Below are positions 1 to 12,476 of a stretch of DNA of 64,000 nt, in pieces. The position numbers were made by a program, and so were the translations under genes. The stretch's first letter is position 1. Each line of letters begins with the position of its first letter. Below the pieces are notes generated by a model. That model was not told the DNA's origin and searched no databases. It saw only the letters and a program-made list of their open reading frames with translations. The DNA is from the human T2T-CHM13v2.0 reference genome, Homo sapiens, in assembly GCF_009914755.1 (NCBI RefSeq), contig NC_060925.1. One strand, written 5' to 3'.

Positions 1-340
1 TTGCCTGCGCTGTTCCTGCTGCCTGGAGTTTCCTTTGCCTTTCCACCCACTACCCACCTTGTCCCCCAGGAAGCGTGAAGGGAGGCTCCAGAAGTAGGGT
101 CCAGATAAGAGTCTGTGGAAGGAGGAGAATCCCAGTTCCCCGGGCGTGGGGGAGAAGATGCCCTCGTTGGTGGTGTGGGTGCTTGCGGCGTTGGTCAGGC
201 TGAAGTGACCAGGCTCCTCAGAGGCCCCATGCAACTGGGAGGAGGAGAAAGGGCTGGGATGGGGGCCGTGGCCTGGGACTGGCGCTTGGTCCATCCGGCC
301 CAGGGCTTGGCGGTCCTGCCCGCCCACCTTGCAGAGGTAC

Positions 341-481
341 CTGGGCACGGCTCCATGAAGAGCTGGTGCAGTGGCGACTGACACCCATGCAGAAGCACTT
401 GAGGCAGCCATCGGGGTTTCGGGTACTCAGGTGGAAAGAGCCGTCAGCACATTCATTGCACAAGCGCCCCACCACATTGTT
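341..481 (-). CDS. HSPG2: Exon 22 (141 nt), laminin EGF-like
   Basis: NNVVGRLCNECADG...CFCMGVSRHCTSSSWSRAQ. Confidence 0.95.
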
Positions 482-605
482 CTGCAGGCACAGAGTTGGA
501 GCTGAAGGACAGCCCATGGGAGAGGCTGCCTGGAGCTCTGGCCGAATCCACCCTCAGTCCAGATAAGAACCCAAGACCCAGGGGAGCCACTGAAGGAGCA
601 CATGT

Positions 606-926
<321 letters not shown>

Positions 927-1327
927 GAGCACATGTATGAGGCGTCATTGCCATCTGAATAGTAATTCCCACTTAACAAGCACTTAGGCAAGCATTTTTC
1001 CCTTTTCTCTTTGGCTGCCAGGGGGTTCACCAATAAATTTAGACTTGAAATACAGCGACTTGATTGAAATAATTGCTGCTTCTATTTATGGAGTGTTTCA
1101 CGCACTGTTCTGCTTTCCATTCGACACCACCTCATTTAACTCCCCTAAGGACCTTGAGAGGTAGGTGATACCTTCATCCTTCACATGAGGAAACAGAGGC
1201 TCAGGGATGTGAAATGACTTGCACAAAGTTACTCAGCTTGCCCATCCACTCTGGGATTTAAGACCAGGAGTGCCTGACTCCAGAATCCATCCATTCTTTT
1301 TTACACCGACACTTGATACTCACATTC

Positions 1328-1664
<337 letters not shown>

Positions 1665-2015
1665 TGAGCCTCCATTTCCTCATTCACAAATTGGGGACAC
1701 TAATATCTATATCATTGTATCAATGTGACAATGGACAAAGTATGGCAAAAGCAAAGGTACAATGCAGATACAAAGGCTGCATAAAGAATGACTGGGACTT
1801 GAACTGTGGTCACCTGACTCCCTAACCAGTGCTCCTTCCCAACGCCAGGCCACCTGTCCTGGTACGGAAGGCCGGTGGGCCAGGTCCACCAGCCTCTGAC
1901 TGGGTTACCACCCACTGGCCAAGGATCTATGGAGAGGACGGAGCTTCCTTCTTCCTCCTCCCAGCTGTGGTGCTGGGCCCAAGGCCCCTGGGTGGGTGGC
2001 AGATGGCACGCGTAC

Positions 2016-2083
2016 CTTACAGCGGCAGGCCTCCCCGGAGGTCCCCATGCTGCCACGCTCGTCACAGCGCACAATCTCCTGGT
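2016..2083 (-). CDS. HSPG2: Exon 21 (68 nt), laminin EGF-like
   Basis: QEIVRCDERGSMGTSGEACRCK. Confidence 0.95.
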
Positions 2084-2262
2084 CTGGGACACAAAACGAG
2101 TGTTGGCAGGGCAGGTGGGAATGGGATATACGTGGTCCGGGCAGATAGAGGAACAGTGGCTCCCCAAGGTTCATGAGCTGGGGCAGGGAGGGAGGGTGCC
2201 TGGTGTGCAGCCCAGGTTGGGTTGGGAGGTGGGTGTCAGGGGATGGTGGCAGCCATACTCAC

Positions 2263-2321
2263 TGACGGGCCTGCACTTCCCGCCGGGCTGGATGGGGTTG
2301 CCCTCGTATCCGGGGGCACAG
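2263..2321 (-). CDS. HSPG2: Exon 20 (59 nt), laminin EGF-like
   Basis: CAPGYEGNPIQPGGKCRPV. Confidence 0.95.
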
Positions 2322-2406
2322 CTAGGGGAGAGAGGGGGCCGCCATCAGCACTTCCATGACCCCACCCAGGAGCCCCCTTCCTGCAGCCCCCAAGGCTCTC
2401 CCTCAC

Positions 2407-2493
2407 CTCTCACAGCGGCGGCCAGTGTAGCCTGGGGCACAGGCGTCACATGTGGCTTGGCCATCCGTGTCCAGGAAGCAAGTGTCTGAGAAT
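2407..2493 (-). CDS. HSPG2: Exon 19 (87 nt), laminin EGF-like
   Basis: FSDTCFLDTDGQATCDACAPGYTGRRCE. Confidence 0.95.
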
Positions 2494-2823
2494 CTGCAGG
2501 TATCAAGTGGACAGGGCATGGGGCAGGGCTGGGGTCAGGCTTTCTCCTCCCACCCTGGGAAATGACTGCTGTCTACACAGACACAGTGTGCCACGAGGCA
2601 TGACGCCATCTCCCTGCCCGGCAGCCTCACAGCAACTGTAGGAAGTCAGGGGGCCCATTATACAGAAAAGGAAACAGAGGCCTAGAGAGGTCCAGGAGCA
2701 TGGGATAACTTAGTGATCAGGTAGAGATCTGAATCCAAGTCTCCCGCCTCCCTGCCCAGAATATTCTCTGGCCTGTTGCACTGTCCCCAGCCAAACCCCC
2801 CCCGACCCGGAGCTGGGGCTGAC

Positions 2824-2951
2824 CTGCGGGAGGCATCGATGTATGGGCAAGGGCAGGGCCGGCAGGAAGTGGCCGTGGCCTTCATGGCGTCCCCAAAGAA
2901 GCCAGCCTTGCACTTGTTGCACTGTGGCCCCTCCGTGTTGTGCTGGCAATT
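2824..2951 (-). CDS. HSPG2: Exon 18 (128 nt), laminin EGF-like
   Basis: NCQHNTEGPQCNKCKAGFFGDA...CPCPYIDASR. Confidence 0.96.
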
Positions 2952-3488
2952 CTAGAAGAAGGAGGAGGGTATGGCTCAACTTCTAGAGCAGAACTGGGCC
3001 AGATGCTGCGGGGGACCTTGGAGGCTGTCTAGCTCAGCCTCCCCATCACGCTGGAGGCACAGCTTTGCAGACAGGGGAGCATCAACTGCAACCACTTATA
3101 GATGATGGGGAGCTCATCATCTTACACGGCAGCCTGTCCCATAGATGGTTCCAAATGCCTGCTTTTTATTGACCTAAACCTGCCACCCTCTTCCAATCTG
3201 CACCCACTGGCCAGTTCTGCTCTCCAGAGTCTGTTTCTTCTACCCGACACCTTTGCAGGGATTTGGAGATGACAATGCTGCCCTGCTTGAGCCTTTTCTT
3301 CTGTCAGCTCCACAATCCCAGCTCTCGCCACTATTCCTAAGAAATAAGGTCCCACCCCAAGGGCTCTTCCCCCTAGAGTTGCCCTCTGCAGGCCATGCTT
3401 CTTCATTTGGCACTCTCCAGGATTAGTCTGATGAGGGTGGAGAGGAGGGCCAACACCTCCCTTGTCTGGATGCTATATCTCTGGGTTG

Positions 3489-3783
3489 TTTTTTTTTTTC
3501 TGAGACTGAGTCTTGCTCTGTTGCCCAGGCTGGAGTGCAGGGGCACGGTCTTGGCCTACTGTAACCTCCACCTCCCGGGTTCAAGCAATTTTCCTGCCTC
3601 AGCCTCCTGAGTAGCTGGGATTACAGGCGTACGCCACCACGCCTGGCTAATTTTTGTATTTTTAGTAGAAATGGGGTTTCACCATGTTGGCCAGGCTGGT
3701 CTCAAACTCCTGACCTCAAGTGATCCACCCATCTAGGCTTCCCAAAGTGCTGGGATTACAGGCATGAGCCACTGCGCCTGACC
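3489..3783 (-). mobile_element. Alu
   Basis: Antisense Alu consensus. Confidence 0.95.
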
Positions 3784-3937
3784 TATATTTCTGTTATTGC
3801 ATCCAGAGGTCATGATAGTTCATCTGGCAGTCATGACAGTCATTCTGGAGGCTTGTGCTGAGCTCATGAACACAGGGAATCTCACACATTGTCCCTTCTC
3901 CTATTTTAGTGTTCAAGTGTCTGCTGGCACTACTCAC

Positions 3938-4085
3938 CAGGCAGTGGCCATACACAGGGTCACAGGAGCTGGCATGGCCATTGCAACTGCAACCAGAGCA
4001 GGTGCCCAGGTAGGGCCCACCAGGCACCCGAGTGAAGTGGGCATCACAGCTCTCGCAGGACAAGCCAGAATAGCCAATGGGGCAT
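3938..4085 (-). CDS. HSPG2: Exon 17 (148 nt), laminin EGF-like
   Basis: CPIGYSGLSCESC...CDPVYGHCL. Confidence 0.96.
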
Positions 4086-4193
4086 CTGTGGGGACAGGAC
4101 CAAAAGAGTCGCTGCAAGGACGGTGAGGCCCTGCCGTTTCTCCTCTATCCTTGCTAGGGTCTCTGTGGTTCCCAGCCCTGCCGGCTCAGGCAC

Positions 4194-4390
4194 CTGCACT
4201 CCTCCACACTGTGGGCACGGCCATGGCTGGTGGCATGGGTGACGGTGGTATCCATGGCGATGTCGCTAAGTCCCACGCTAGCCATCTTGGTGTTGTACAC
4301 GGTCTGGATGAGCACGGCCTCCAGGCTCTGCAGCACCTGCAGCAGCTCCGCGCGCTGCACCGGCCGGCCAGACTCATGGACCCAGTGCTC
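4194..4390 (-). CDS. HSPG2: Exon 16 (197 nt), laminin IV type A end
   Basis: EHWVHESG...HSVEECR. Confidence 0.96.
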
Positions 4391-4486
4391 CTGGGTATGG
4401 GTGAAGGTGGCAGGGGTCACACATCAGTGCCTACCCAGCCTAAATCCCCCTTTGCTCCCAGCCCTAAGGGCTCAGGCGCCACCCAC

Positions 4487-4666
4487 CTCAGAGAACTGGA
4501 CCTGGCGCTGGTTCAGAGCACCAGGTTGGGTGGGTGTGTGGCCTCGGGAGAGGAGGCGGTACCCGGCACCCACGAGGACCACGTCCGGCCGCTGCACTGG
4601 CTCCAGCATGCCACGGGCCAACTCGTAGCGCACGTTGTAACGCAGGGAGCCGCCATAGGAGTCCAC
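4487..4666 (-). CDS. HSPG2: Exon 15 (180 nt), laminin IV type A
   Basis: VDSYGGSLRYNVRY...QVQFSE. Confidence 0.96.
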
Positions 4667-5156
4667 CTGGCACAACAGGGTGGATCAGCACGGGCAGCTG
4701 TGGGCACACTTGACACCTCGTGCCTATGAGGTGCCTATAGTCTTCCAGCTCCTCCCTCACTCTGCCTACCTGAGACTTACTGTGTGCCAGGCACTGAGCT
4801 AGGCACAGGGAAACCGAGATGGGCGAGACTCAGGCCCTGACTCTAGGGTGTTTGGTCCATGGCAGGGTGTGGAATCATGCAGTGCACAGGGTACCCAGGG
4901 AAGCCAGTGCGGAGGCACAGAACCCAGCCCAGGCATGGGGGAGTGGTCAGGGAGGGCTCCCGGGAGGAGGGGAGGCCAGCTCTTCTTCCCAAGCCAACAG
5001 TGCAGGGGAGAGGTCCTGCCCTGAATGGATGAGCCGCTGCCACAGGGGGCTGCATCGGGGCATGGTAACACCTTTCCCTCCAAGTCTGCCTTGTTGTCCA
5101 CCAACTGCAGAAGGAGCAGAGCCCACAGGAATTCTTTCCCCACCCAGGCCCCTCAC

Positions 5157-5320
5157 CTTGTTGCCCAGGAACTGTTCAGGCAGAGCCCAGAAGGAGTCGT
5201 GGACGAGGAAGCGGCGGGACAGGTCGACTAGCTGGAACTCGTGCAGGGATGGGTCGATCTGCAGCTGCGTGGAGGAGAGGGGTGGCGTGCCGGGCTGCGC
5301 AGGCATTGTCACATTCACAC
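5157..5320 (-). CDS. HSPG2: Exon 14 (164 nt), laminin IV type A
   Basis: GVNVTMPAQPG...WALPEQFLGNK. Confidence 0.96.
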
Positions 5321-5479
5321 CTGTGGGTGGCAAGGGGGAGGCTGAGGGCTGCAGTCTGGGCCTGCCTGATACACCCATCTTGAGGGGCAGCAATCCAGAA
5401 AGGTGGGAAAGTTCTAGTGGAAATTTGATTTCGAGAAAACTTTGATCTCTCTTCCAAAGTGAAGAAAATGCAGTTTTTT

Positions 5480-5760
5480 GCCGGGTGTGGTGGCTCACGC
5501 CTATAATGCCAGCACTTTGAGAGGCTGAGGCGGGCAGATCACTTGAGGCCAGGAGTTCATGACCAGCCTTCCCAACATGGTGAAACCTCGTCTCTACTAA
5601 AAATAAAAAAACTAGACAGGCATGGTGGTGCACGCCTGTAGTCCCAGCTACTCAGGAGGCTGAGACAGCAGAATCACTTGAACCCGGGAGGCGGAGGCTG
5701 CAGCGAGCTGAGATCACACCAGTGTACTCCAGCTTGGGTGACAGAGCAAGACTCTGTCTC

Positions 5761-5791
<31 letters not shown>
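5480..5791 (+). mobile_element. Alu
   Basis: Alu consensus; TSD aagaaaatgcagtttttt. Confidence 0.95.
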
Positions 5792-5792
<1 letters not shown>

Positions 5793-6212
5793 AGAAAATG
5801 CAGTTTTTTCCTCCTTCCCAAATACTGGAGCAGCATTTCCCAAAGCATGCTCTGGGAAAGTCAATGCCATGGAATGATAGCTGGGAACCATTTGGGAACC
5901 ACAGGGTAAAGAAAGGACAAGGGGATTCTTTGCAGCCAGACTTCTCAGGGTCTTTCTTGCTAAGAGACCCACAGACTTTCAGGGCTGGAACAACCCTGCA
6001 GGCAGGAGAGCTACACAGGGCTGAGGAACAGGAGACCAAGTCCAGGTGTGTTGTAAGCCTGGGCAAGGGCCTCAGTTTCCTTATCTGTAAGATGGTGCTT
6101 AAAGTAGCCTGCCTCCTAGAGGTATAAGCTAAAATGAGCACATTGATATAAAATGGCTAGCTCTTATTGTTGCTGTTGTTATGATGGGTCGTCTAGTCCA
6201 ACCCTCTTCTAT

Positions 6213-6214
<2 letters not shown>

Positions 6215-6253
<39 letters not shown>
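6215..6253. repeat. (AC)n microsatellite
   Basis: Pure AC run. Confidence 0.97.
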
Positions 6254-6255
<2 letters not shown>

Positions 6256-6303
6256 CACCCTACATGGGAATTCCCTTGACAGCATCCTCCCAGATCTCTA
6301 GGA

Positions 6304-6546
6304 CAGCTCCATCCTAGAGAACTTTCGGTGGAGTGAAAATATCCTGTACCTACACTCTTCATTACGGTAGCTGTTAGGTTGGTGAAAAAGTAATTGCTGG
6401 TTTGGTTTTGCCATTAAAAGTAATGGTACCAGCAACATGTGGCCACTGAGCACTGGAGACATGTCTTGTGCTGCTCAGGAATGAATCATTGTATTTCAAT
6501 TTAAAGAGCCACACAGGGCCAGTGACTGCCACATTGGATGGTGCAG
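6304..6546 (+). mobile_element. MER3-like hAT DNA transposon fossil
   Basis: Resembles the MER3 consensus (agaactttc..., acatgtggccactgagcac..., ttggatggtgcag). Confidence 0.7.
6374..6426. mobile_element. Truncated MADE1 (Hsmar1 MITE) inside MER3
   Basis: ttaggttggtgaaaaagtaattgc...tttgccattaaaagtaatgg. Confidence 0.8.
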
Positions 6547-7124
6547 CCGTCATGGATGGAGAGCGTACAACCTCCAAAGGCCGTCCCTCCCGGCTCTGGA
6601 CAACTTTGACTCTTAGCAAGTTCTTCCTTATACAGAGTCCACATCTGTCTGCCAATAGCTTCTCCCCCTCATCCTGAATTAACCCCCTGCAACCACAGGG
6701 GAATCCAGCTCCTCACCCGCAGAATGACCGAGCACAGCCCCGGGTCTAGGTTACTCAATCCTCTTTCCTCCCTGCCTTCCGGGGATGTCTTCAGGCCTCC
6801 TCCCTCCTGGTCACCATCCACACACAGGCCACCTGCTCACCCTGGAATTCCCACCACTCCCTCCCCTGGACCACCCAGATTCCAATCAGACAGCCCTGGG
6901 TTCAGCTCCCCCTCTAAACTGCTGTGTGAACCCAGGGAAGCCCCACAACATCTCAGAGCCCTGGGGCTCTCATCTTAAAACTGTGAAATCAGCCCTGACC
7001 TTGCAAGGGTTTTTGGCAGTTCGTTGACTGTCACGTCAAGCCACAGGGCCAACTGCCTGCTCACCAAATGGTGGCCACGGCCATTAGCATTGTAAATATA
7101 CTGGGGGACAACTTTGGGAAGTAA

Positions 7125-7435
<311 letters not shown>

Positions 7436-8337
7436 GGTAACTAAGTTTTATACAAGTCATTTTTAGGTTCCTCAACCAACAAAAGGGCATAAAATGTGTT
7501 GAGTGCTTTGGAGCTAACTCTCTACATGCATTTAATCCTCTGCAACGAAGAAGTGAGACTCAGCAGGGTGAGGGCTGCTTGATGCCACGTGGAAAACGAC
7601 AGAGCTGGGACCTGAGCCCCAGTCCAGGCAGTGCCTGGGCTCATGCCCTCAGCCATCCTGCCATTCTGCCTCTCAGTGCCAGAAAGAACTGAGTCCATCT
7701 GCCTGCCTCTATCTTTGGGAAAATAGGACCAGGGAGGCCAAGAGACTTGCCCAAAGACACAGCGGCAGTAAGTGGTATAGCTGGAGGCCACCCTCAGGCC
7801 AAGGAGATGCCAAAGCCTGGGCTCCTATAATCTGGGTACACTGGCACCTCTGTCTCTCAGAATGAGGACAATGACTGTGACGTTAGCAAATACCTCCTGG
7901 GTGCTGAAAATGCGCTGAGCACAATTCTGAGAGGCTTACATACGTGACTCCACTAAGTCCTTACCAACCCCTAGGAGGTAGTTATTATTCCACACCCCCC
8001 GACTTTACAGATGACGAAACAGACACGAGATAGTGGGTAACTTGACCCAGGACACAGGTGGACAGCGTCCACGTCAGGATCTGAAGCTGGAAGCTGGCTC
8101 CAGGGCCCGTCCTCGCCGTAACCTGAAGCAGGTAGGTAGCAAGGGGGGATTTGGCTCTTCCTAAACATCTTGGTTTTCCCCCCGAAATGCTTTTTTGACA
8201 GGGCTCAGTGTTTCTTCAGCGACTCACATTCCTTCCCGAAACCTGGCCCCCTCTGTCCGCATCTATCCTCTGTGCCCCCTGGGTACAGAGGTACCCACCT
8301 CCCACCTCCCGCAGCGCTCACCCGCCCGCCAACGCAC

Positions 8338-8484
8338 CCTTGAAGTCATCGGGTTGGTCAAAGCGCAGCCTGATCTGGTCCCGGAAGCGGCGGGTGCTCT
8401 GGCACACGCTGGTGATGCCAAAGCAGAAGCAGGGCAGGCAGGCGGCGCTGTGCTCCAGGTAGAAGTGGCCGTCAGGGCAGGGGC
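8338..8484 (-). CDS. HSPG2: Exon 13 (147 nt; 150 nt if the upstream CAG is used), start of domain III
   Basis: GPCPDGHFYLEHSAACLPCFCFGITSVC...DDFK; CAGCAG acceptor. Confidence 0.95.
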
Positions 8485-8576
8485 CTGCTGGGCGGCATGG
8501 GCGGGGGCTGCAGCCGGCTGTGGTGGGCAGCCCGGCTCCGCCCCCACACCCGGTGACACCTGCCCTCCGGCAGTAC

Positions 8577-8728
8577 CTCGTTGTGGGACGAGCTCAAGGA
8601 CACCGTCAGGAATGCCAAACACCATGCCCCGGGCGTTCATGGCCTCACAGGTGTAGGCACCCTGGTCTGACTCCTTCACATCACGGATGATCAGTGTGCC
8701 ACGGCCACCCTCGCTGGTCACTGTCACC
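8577..8728 (-). CDS. HSPG2: Exon 12 (152 nt), Ig domain second half
   Basis: [29 protein letters not shown]... Confidence 0.96.
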
Positions 8729-8822
8729 CTGGTGAGCCCCAAGACAAGTGGTAGGATCTGGCCTAGGGCTCTGGACCAGCTGCCCCTCATTCCCACCCCA
8801 CCACCTGGGCCCAGAGCCGCAC

Positions 8823-8967
8823 CTGGGATGAGAGGGGATGTGGCCCCAGTTGAGCCTCCAATTGATGATGGGGGTGGGGACGCCAATGGCCACGCAGGTG
8901 AAGGTCACTGTCTGGCCCCGGGAAGCCTGGATGGACTCCCGGGGAGGTGTCACCACCTGGGGGGGCA
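8823..8967 (-). CDS. HSPG2: Exon 11 (145 nt), Ig domain first half
   Basis: [24 protein letters not shown]...HPR. Confidence 0.96.
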
Positions 8968-9129
8968 CTGAGGAGACCAGGGCAGGAGTGAGGGGTCGGG
9001 GGCAAAGGAAGGAGGAGCGGAAGGAGGGCTCCGAGGGGCTAGGAGGGAGAAGGGTGGAGGCTGAGGCTGTGGACAGAACCCCTAGAACCCAGCCCAGGGC
9101 CCGCATCTCGACCCCAGCTCCCTGCTCAC

Positions 9130-9261
9130 TGCAGCCAAACTCGTCGCTCCGGTCAGGACAGTCGCTCTCCTCGTCACAGTGGAAGCTGGCTGGGATGCAC
9201 ATGTTGGTAGAGACGCATCGGAACTGTGTGGGCCCGCACACTTCCTCAGGACGCTTGGTGG
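9130..9261 (-). CDS. HSPG2: Exon 10 (132 nt), LDLa repeat 4
   Basis: [15 protein letters not shown]...DRSDEFGC. Confidence 0.96.
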
Positions 9262-10479
9262 CTGGGGACAAAGCCAGGTGGTTCCCAATAGCCCACCCCG
9301 TCCATCCTCCCTGGGCATCCCCAGGGCCACTCTCTCATCTTGCCCACATAACCCACAGCGGCCCTCGCCATGCCTAGCCCCTGCTGCACAACACTGTCCA
9401 ACTCACAGCCAGCATGATGCGGCCACCAGCTGTCATCGAACCACTCATCACATTACCCGGCCCCCACCCCTCACTCCACCTGCATTCCCCATGCCAGTTA
9501 TGGCTGGCACATCACTGTCACAACCACAGCGTCACCCAGCCACGCTCAGAGGCACAGAAGTGCTATCTTGCTCACATGGACAAGACCCATGTCAAAGGCA
9601 CCACCAGTGGGGCTGGCATCTCTGGGCGCCAGCAATGCCCCGCCCACCCTTCTCTACCAGAACGCCTGGCACAGTGTGGTCCCCTGAGGGGCTCGACGGT
9701 CTGTGCTCCCACTGACAGGCCCTCTATGGAGTGGCCAGAGGCTGGAAGTGGCCCGGGACAAGGGCTGGGCCCTGCTAGGCCTCTCTAGTGGCTGGTGACC
9801 AATGTTCTTCCTCAGGGAGATGGAGCTTGAGAGAGACACAGACAGGGACAGAGAAGTCACAGCCATGCAGGAGCGGAAGCCGCGCATCCACAGAGCAGGT
9901 GCGAGAGGAGACCAGGAGGTAGCCGTGGGCGCAGCTCAGGCGCTTCTGTTCCCCACACTCTCAGGAGCCCACGAGGCCATTCAGCTTTCATGTTCTCTGT
10001 TTCTGTGCTGTCCACAAGGACCTGTCCTTCCTTTGACTTCCCCAGGAGAGGCCCCTGAGAAGGGCCTTCCAACTAAAGCCCCCAATTACTTTATCTCTCC
10101 CAAGGGGCTGGTGCTATCAGGCAAGCTTAGAGCCACAGAAAGGCGTTCGCAAACTCTGCCAGTCTGTGGCATGGTGCAGCCTCTCCCCGGGGCTTGCTGT
10201 GGAGTGGGCAGGGGAAGGAAGGCAAGGAGAAGCTGGACAAGCTCACAGCAGGAACATGGACACGCGCCCAGACACACCACCCAGGACCACAGAGAAGAGC
10301 CTGAAGATTATCCTTAATCTTGCACTAACAAGCATCAGGCTTCTTGCGGGACAGGACATACAGGATACCACCTGATGTGGTCGCTGCCTCTCCAGCCTCC
10401 CCCTCCTATTTAACTGTCAGGATGCCCGTAATGTCCATGACTGGAAAAGATGGATACCACAAGGGTGGGGAAGTGGGAG

Positions 10480-10612
10480 GCTGGAAGGATGGATGGGAGG
10501 GAAGAAGGACGACAGATGGATGGGTGGATAGATGGATGAAGGGCTGGGTGGATGGATAATGGGTGTATAGGTGGGTGCATGGGTGGCTGGGGAGTTGGAC
10601 AGATGGGTGGGT
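10480..10612. repeat. Degenerate (GGAT/GGGT)n low-complexity tract
   Basis: Repeated ggat/gggt units. Confidence 0.85.
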
Positions 10613-11023
10613 AAGGCTCTGACTTGCATACATACACCAAGGACCCATCACCAAGGGACCTTGGCACATAGAACCCTCCTAGCCATTCATCCGACCCACA
10701 TACAAAACAAAGAGAAGCTTCATGGTAACAAAAATAAAGGAAAGAAATGACGAGACACGAACCACAGGCAGGCTAACCACACAGCTTCACCAAAGGCCAG
10801 CTCAGGGCCAAGGGGCCTTACGGCTCTGGTTAGAGATAAACCTTGGGGTGTGTCTCCAGGGCCTTCCGCACTCAGCCAGGGAGAGCAAACAAACAGGCTT
10901 GGGGGACTGGGGAGGGGGGAAAGCGGAGGGGCAGGGTAGGGGCGGGGCAGGAGTGGAAGGCGGGGCAGGAGCAAGCGGCCTGGGCAGGGCAAGGGGGCCT
11001 CAGCTGGACCCTCGGATACTCAC

Positions 11024-11143
11024 GGCAGTTGGCTTCATCAGTTCGGTCCTCACAGTCAAAGTCACCATCGCAGCGCCACAGCTTGAGGGCACAATGTCCA
11101 TTCCCGCAGGGGAACTCGTTGGGCTCACAGGGTGGCGGGGGGC
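11024..11143 (-). CDS. HSPG2: Exon 9 (120 nt), LDLa repeat 3
   Basis: [39 protein letters not shown]. Confidence 0.96.
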
Positions 11144-11228
11144 CTAGGAGACCGGGCAGGGGTCAGCAGCATCCTCCCGGGCCAGCTTCCTGCTCCCCGC
11201 ACCCACCTGCACCCCTGCCGGTGCGCAC

Positions 11229-11483
11229 CACAGTCTAGCTCATCGCTGCCGTCCTCGCAGTCCTCCTGTCCGTCGCAGAGGTAGTCTCTGGGGATGCAGT
11301 GCCCATTGCGGCATGCGGCCTCCTGGGGCCCACAGGGCAGGGGCCTGACGGAACCGGGAAGCAGGGGCTGAGGAGCGTGGGTGACTGGTGGCTGTCGCAT
11401 GATGGTTGTCTCTGGCCGGGGCGGTAAAGATGTCGTCTCCACAAGGAGAGAGAATGTGGGGCTGATACCCAGGACTGGCTCCT
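11229..11483 (-). CDS. HSPG2: Exon 8 (255 nt), Pro/Thr linker plus LDLa repeat 2
   Basis: EPVLGISPT...[16 protein letters not shown]. Confidence 0.96.
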
Positions 11484-11746
11484 CTGTGGATAGATTCCGC
11501 TTGGCATTTGGCAGAAGCAGATGGCTCCTCACCTGCTCCTTGTCCCCAACCCTCCCCAGGCCCACCCTGTACTCCCCAACACCACTCCCTGCCACCCCCT
11601 GCCTGGCTCTGTCATCACCCTTCCTATGCCCCCATCCTCTGCCTGCACCAAACCCTCATAGTCCTTGATGGGCTCCAAGACCCAGGTGTAGGACCCTGGC
11701 CCTCCCCTGGCACCCAAACCACTCGTGGCCCCGGACATCCCCTCAC

Positions 11747-11875
11747 CACAATTGAGCTCATCAGACATGTCCCTGCAGTCGGGCCGCCGGTCACAGCGAT
11801 ACTCCAGGGCCACACACTCATTGTAGCTGTGGCAGGCAAACTCGGCCTCCGTGCAGGCTCTTGGGAACTGGGGCA
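11747..11875 (-). CDS. HSPG2: Exon 7 (129 nt), LDLa repeat 1
   Basis: ACTEAEFACHSYNECVALEYRCDRRPDCRDMSDELNC. Confidence 0.96.
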
Positions 11876-12268
11876 CTGCAGGTGGAAAGGAAGCAGACTG
11901 GAGTCAGAGGCGGCAGGAGGCAGGTGCGGGAAGCTGTAGGTGCTGTGTGGCTGGAGTGGGCTCCAGGGCCCTGTGTCAGGCAGCTCGGTTTCTGGCAGGC
12001 ACAACGAGGGCAAGCAGCACACACTAGACACATCCACAGCACACGTGGGGCATGGGACATGCGGCAGTGGCCTCCCCCATCTCTAAAACAGACCCCACAC
12101 ACAGTTGACATGCCACACGCATGCAACCACCACACCACACACATGCAGGCCACAGCCTGGCCCAGTGAGGACAAAGAAGGAGGGGAGAAGGGAGTGCCCA
12201 GCTGTCTTGGGCTGTGCCCAGCCAGCCATCTTGCCCACACCCTTCTTTCCTCTCCATCCTTTAAAAAA

Positions 12269-12414
12269 TTTTTTTCTCTCTTCTTTTTTATTTTTTTAGA
12301 GACAGGGTCTTGCTACGTTGCCCAAGCTGGTCTCGAACTCTTTGCCTCAAGCAATCCTCCCGTCTTGGCCTCCCAAAGTGCTGGGGTTACAGGCGTGAGC
12401 CCCCGCACCCGGCC
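12269..12414 (-). mobile_element. Alu monomer/FLAM
   Basis: Left-arm consensus only. Confidence 0.85.
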
Positions 12415-12476
12415 TCCTCTCCAACCTTAACTTCTCTAGGAACCTGGCTGGGCCTCGGCCTGGCTTACACTCTCAC

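Noticed and set aside
4151-5445. Plus-strand ORFs of 192 and 208 aa
   Set aside because: Antisense shadows of GC-rich HSPG2 exons
11527-11535. Strong CAG|GTGAGG donor in intron 7
   Set aside because: Only 49 nt from the exon 8 acceptor and no upstream acceptor
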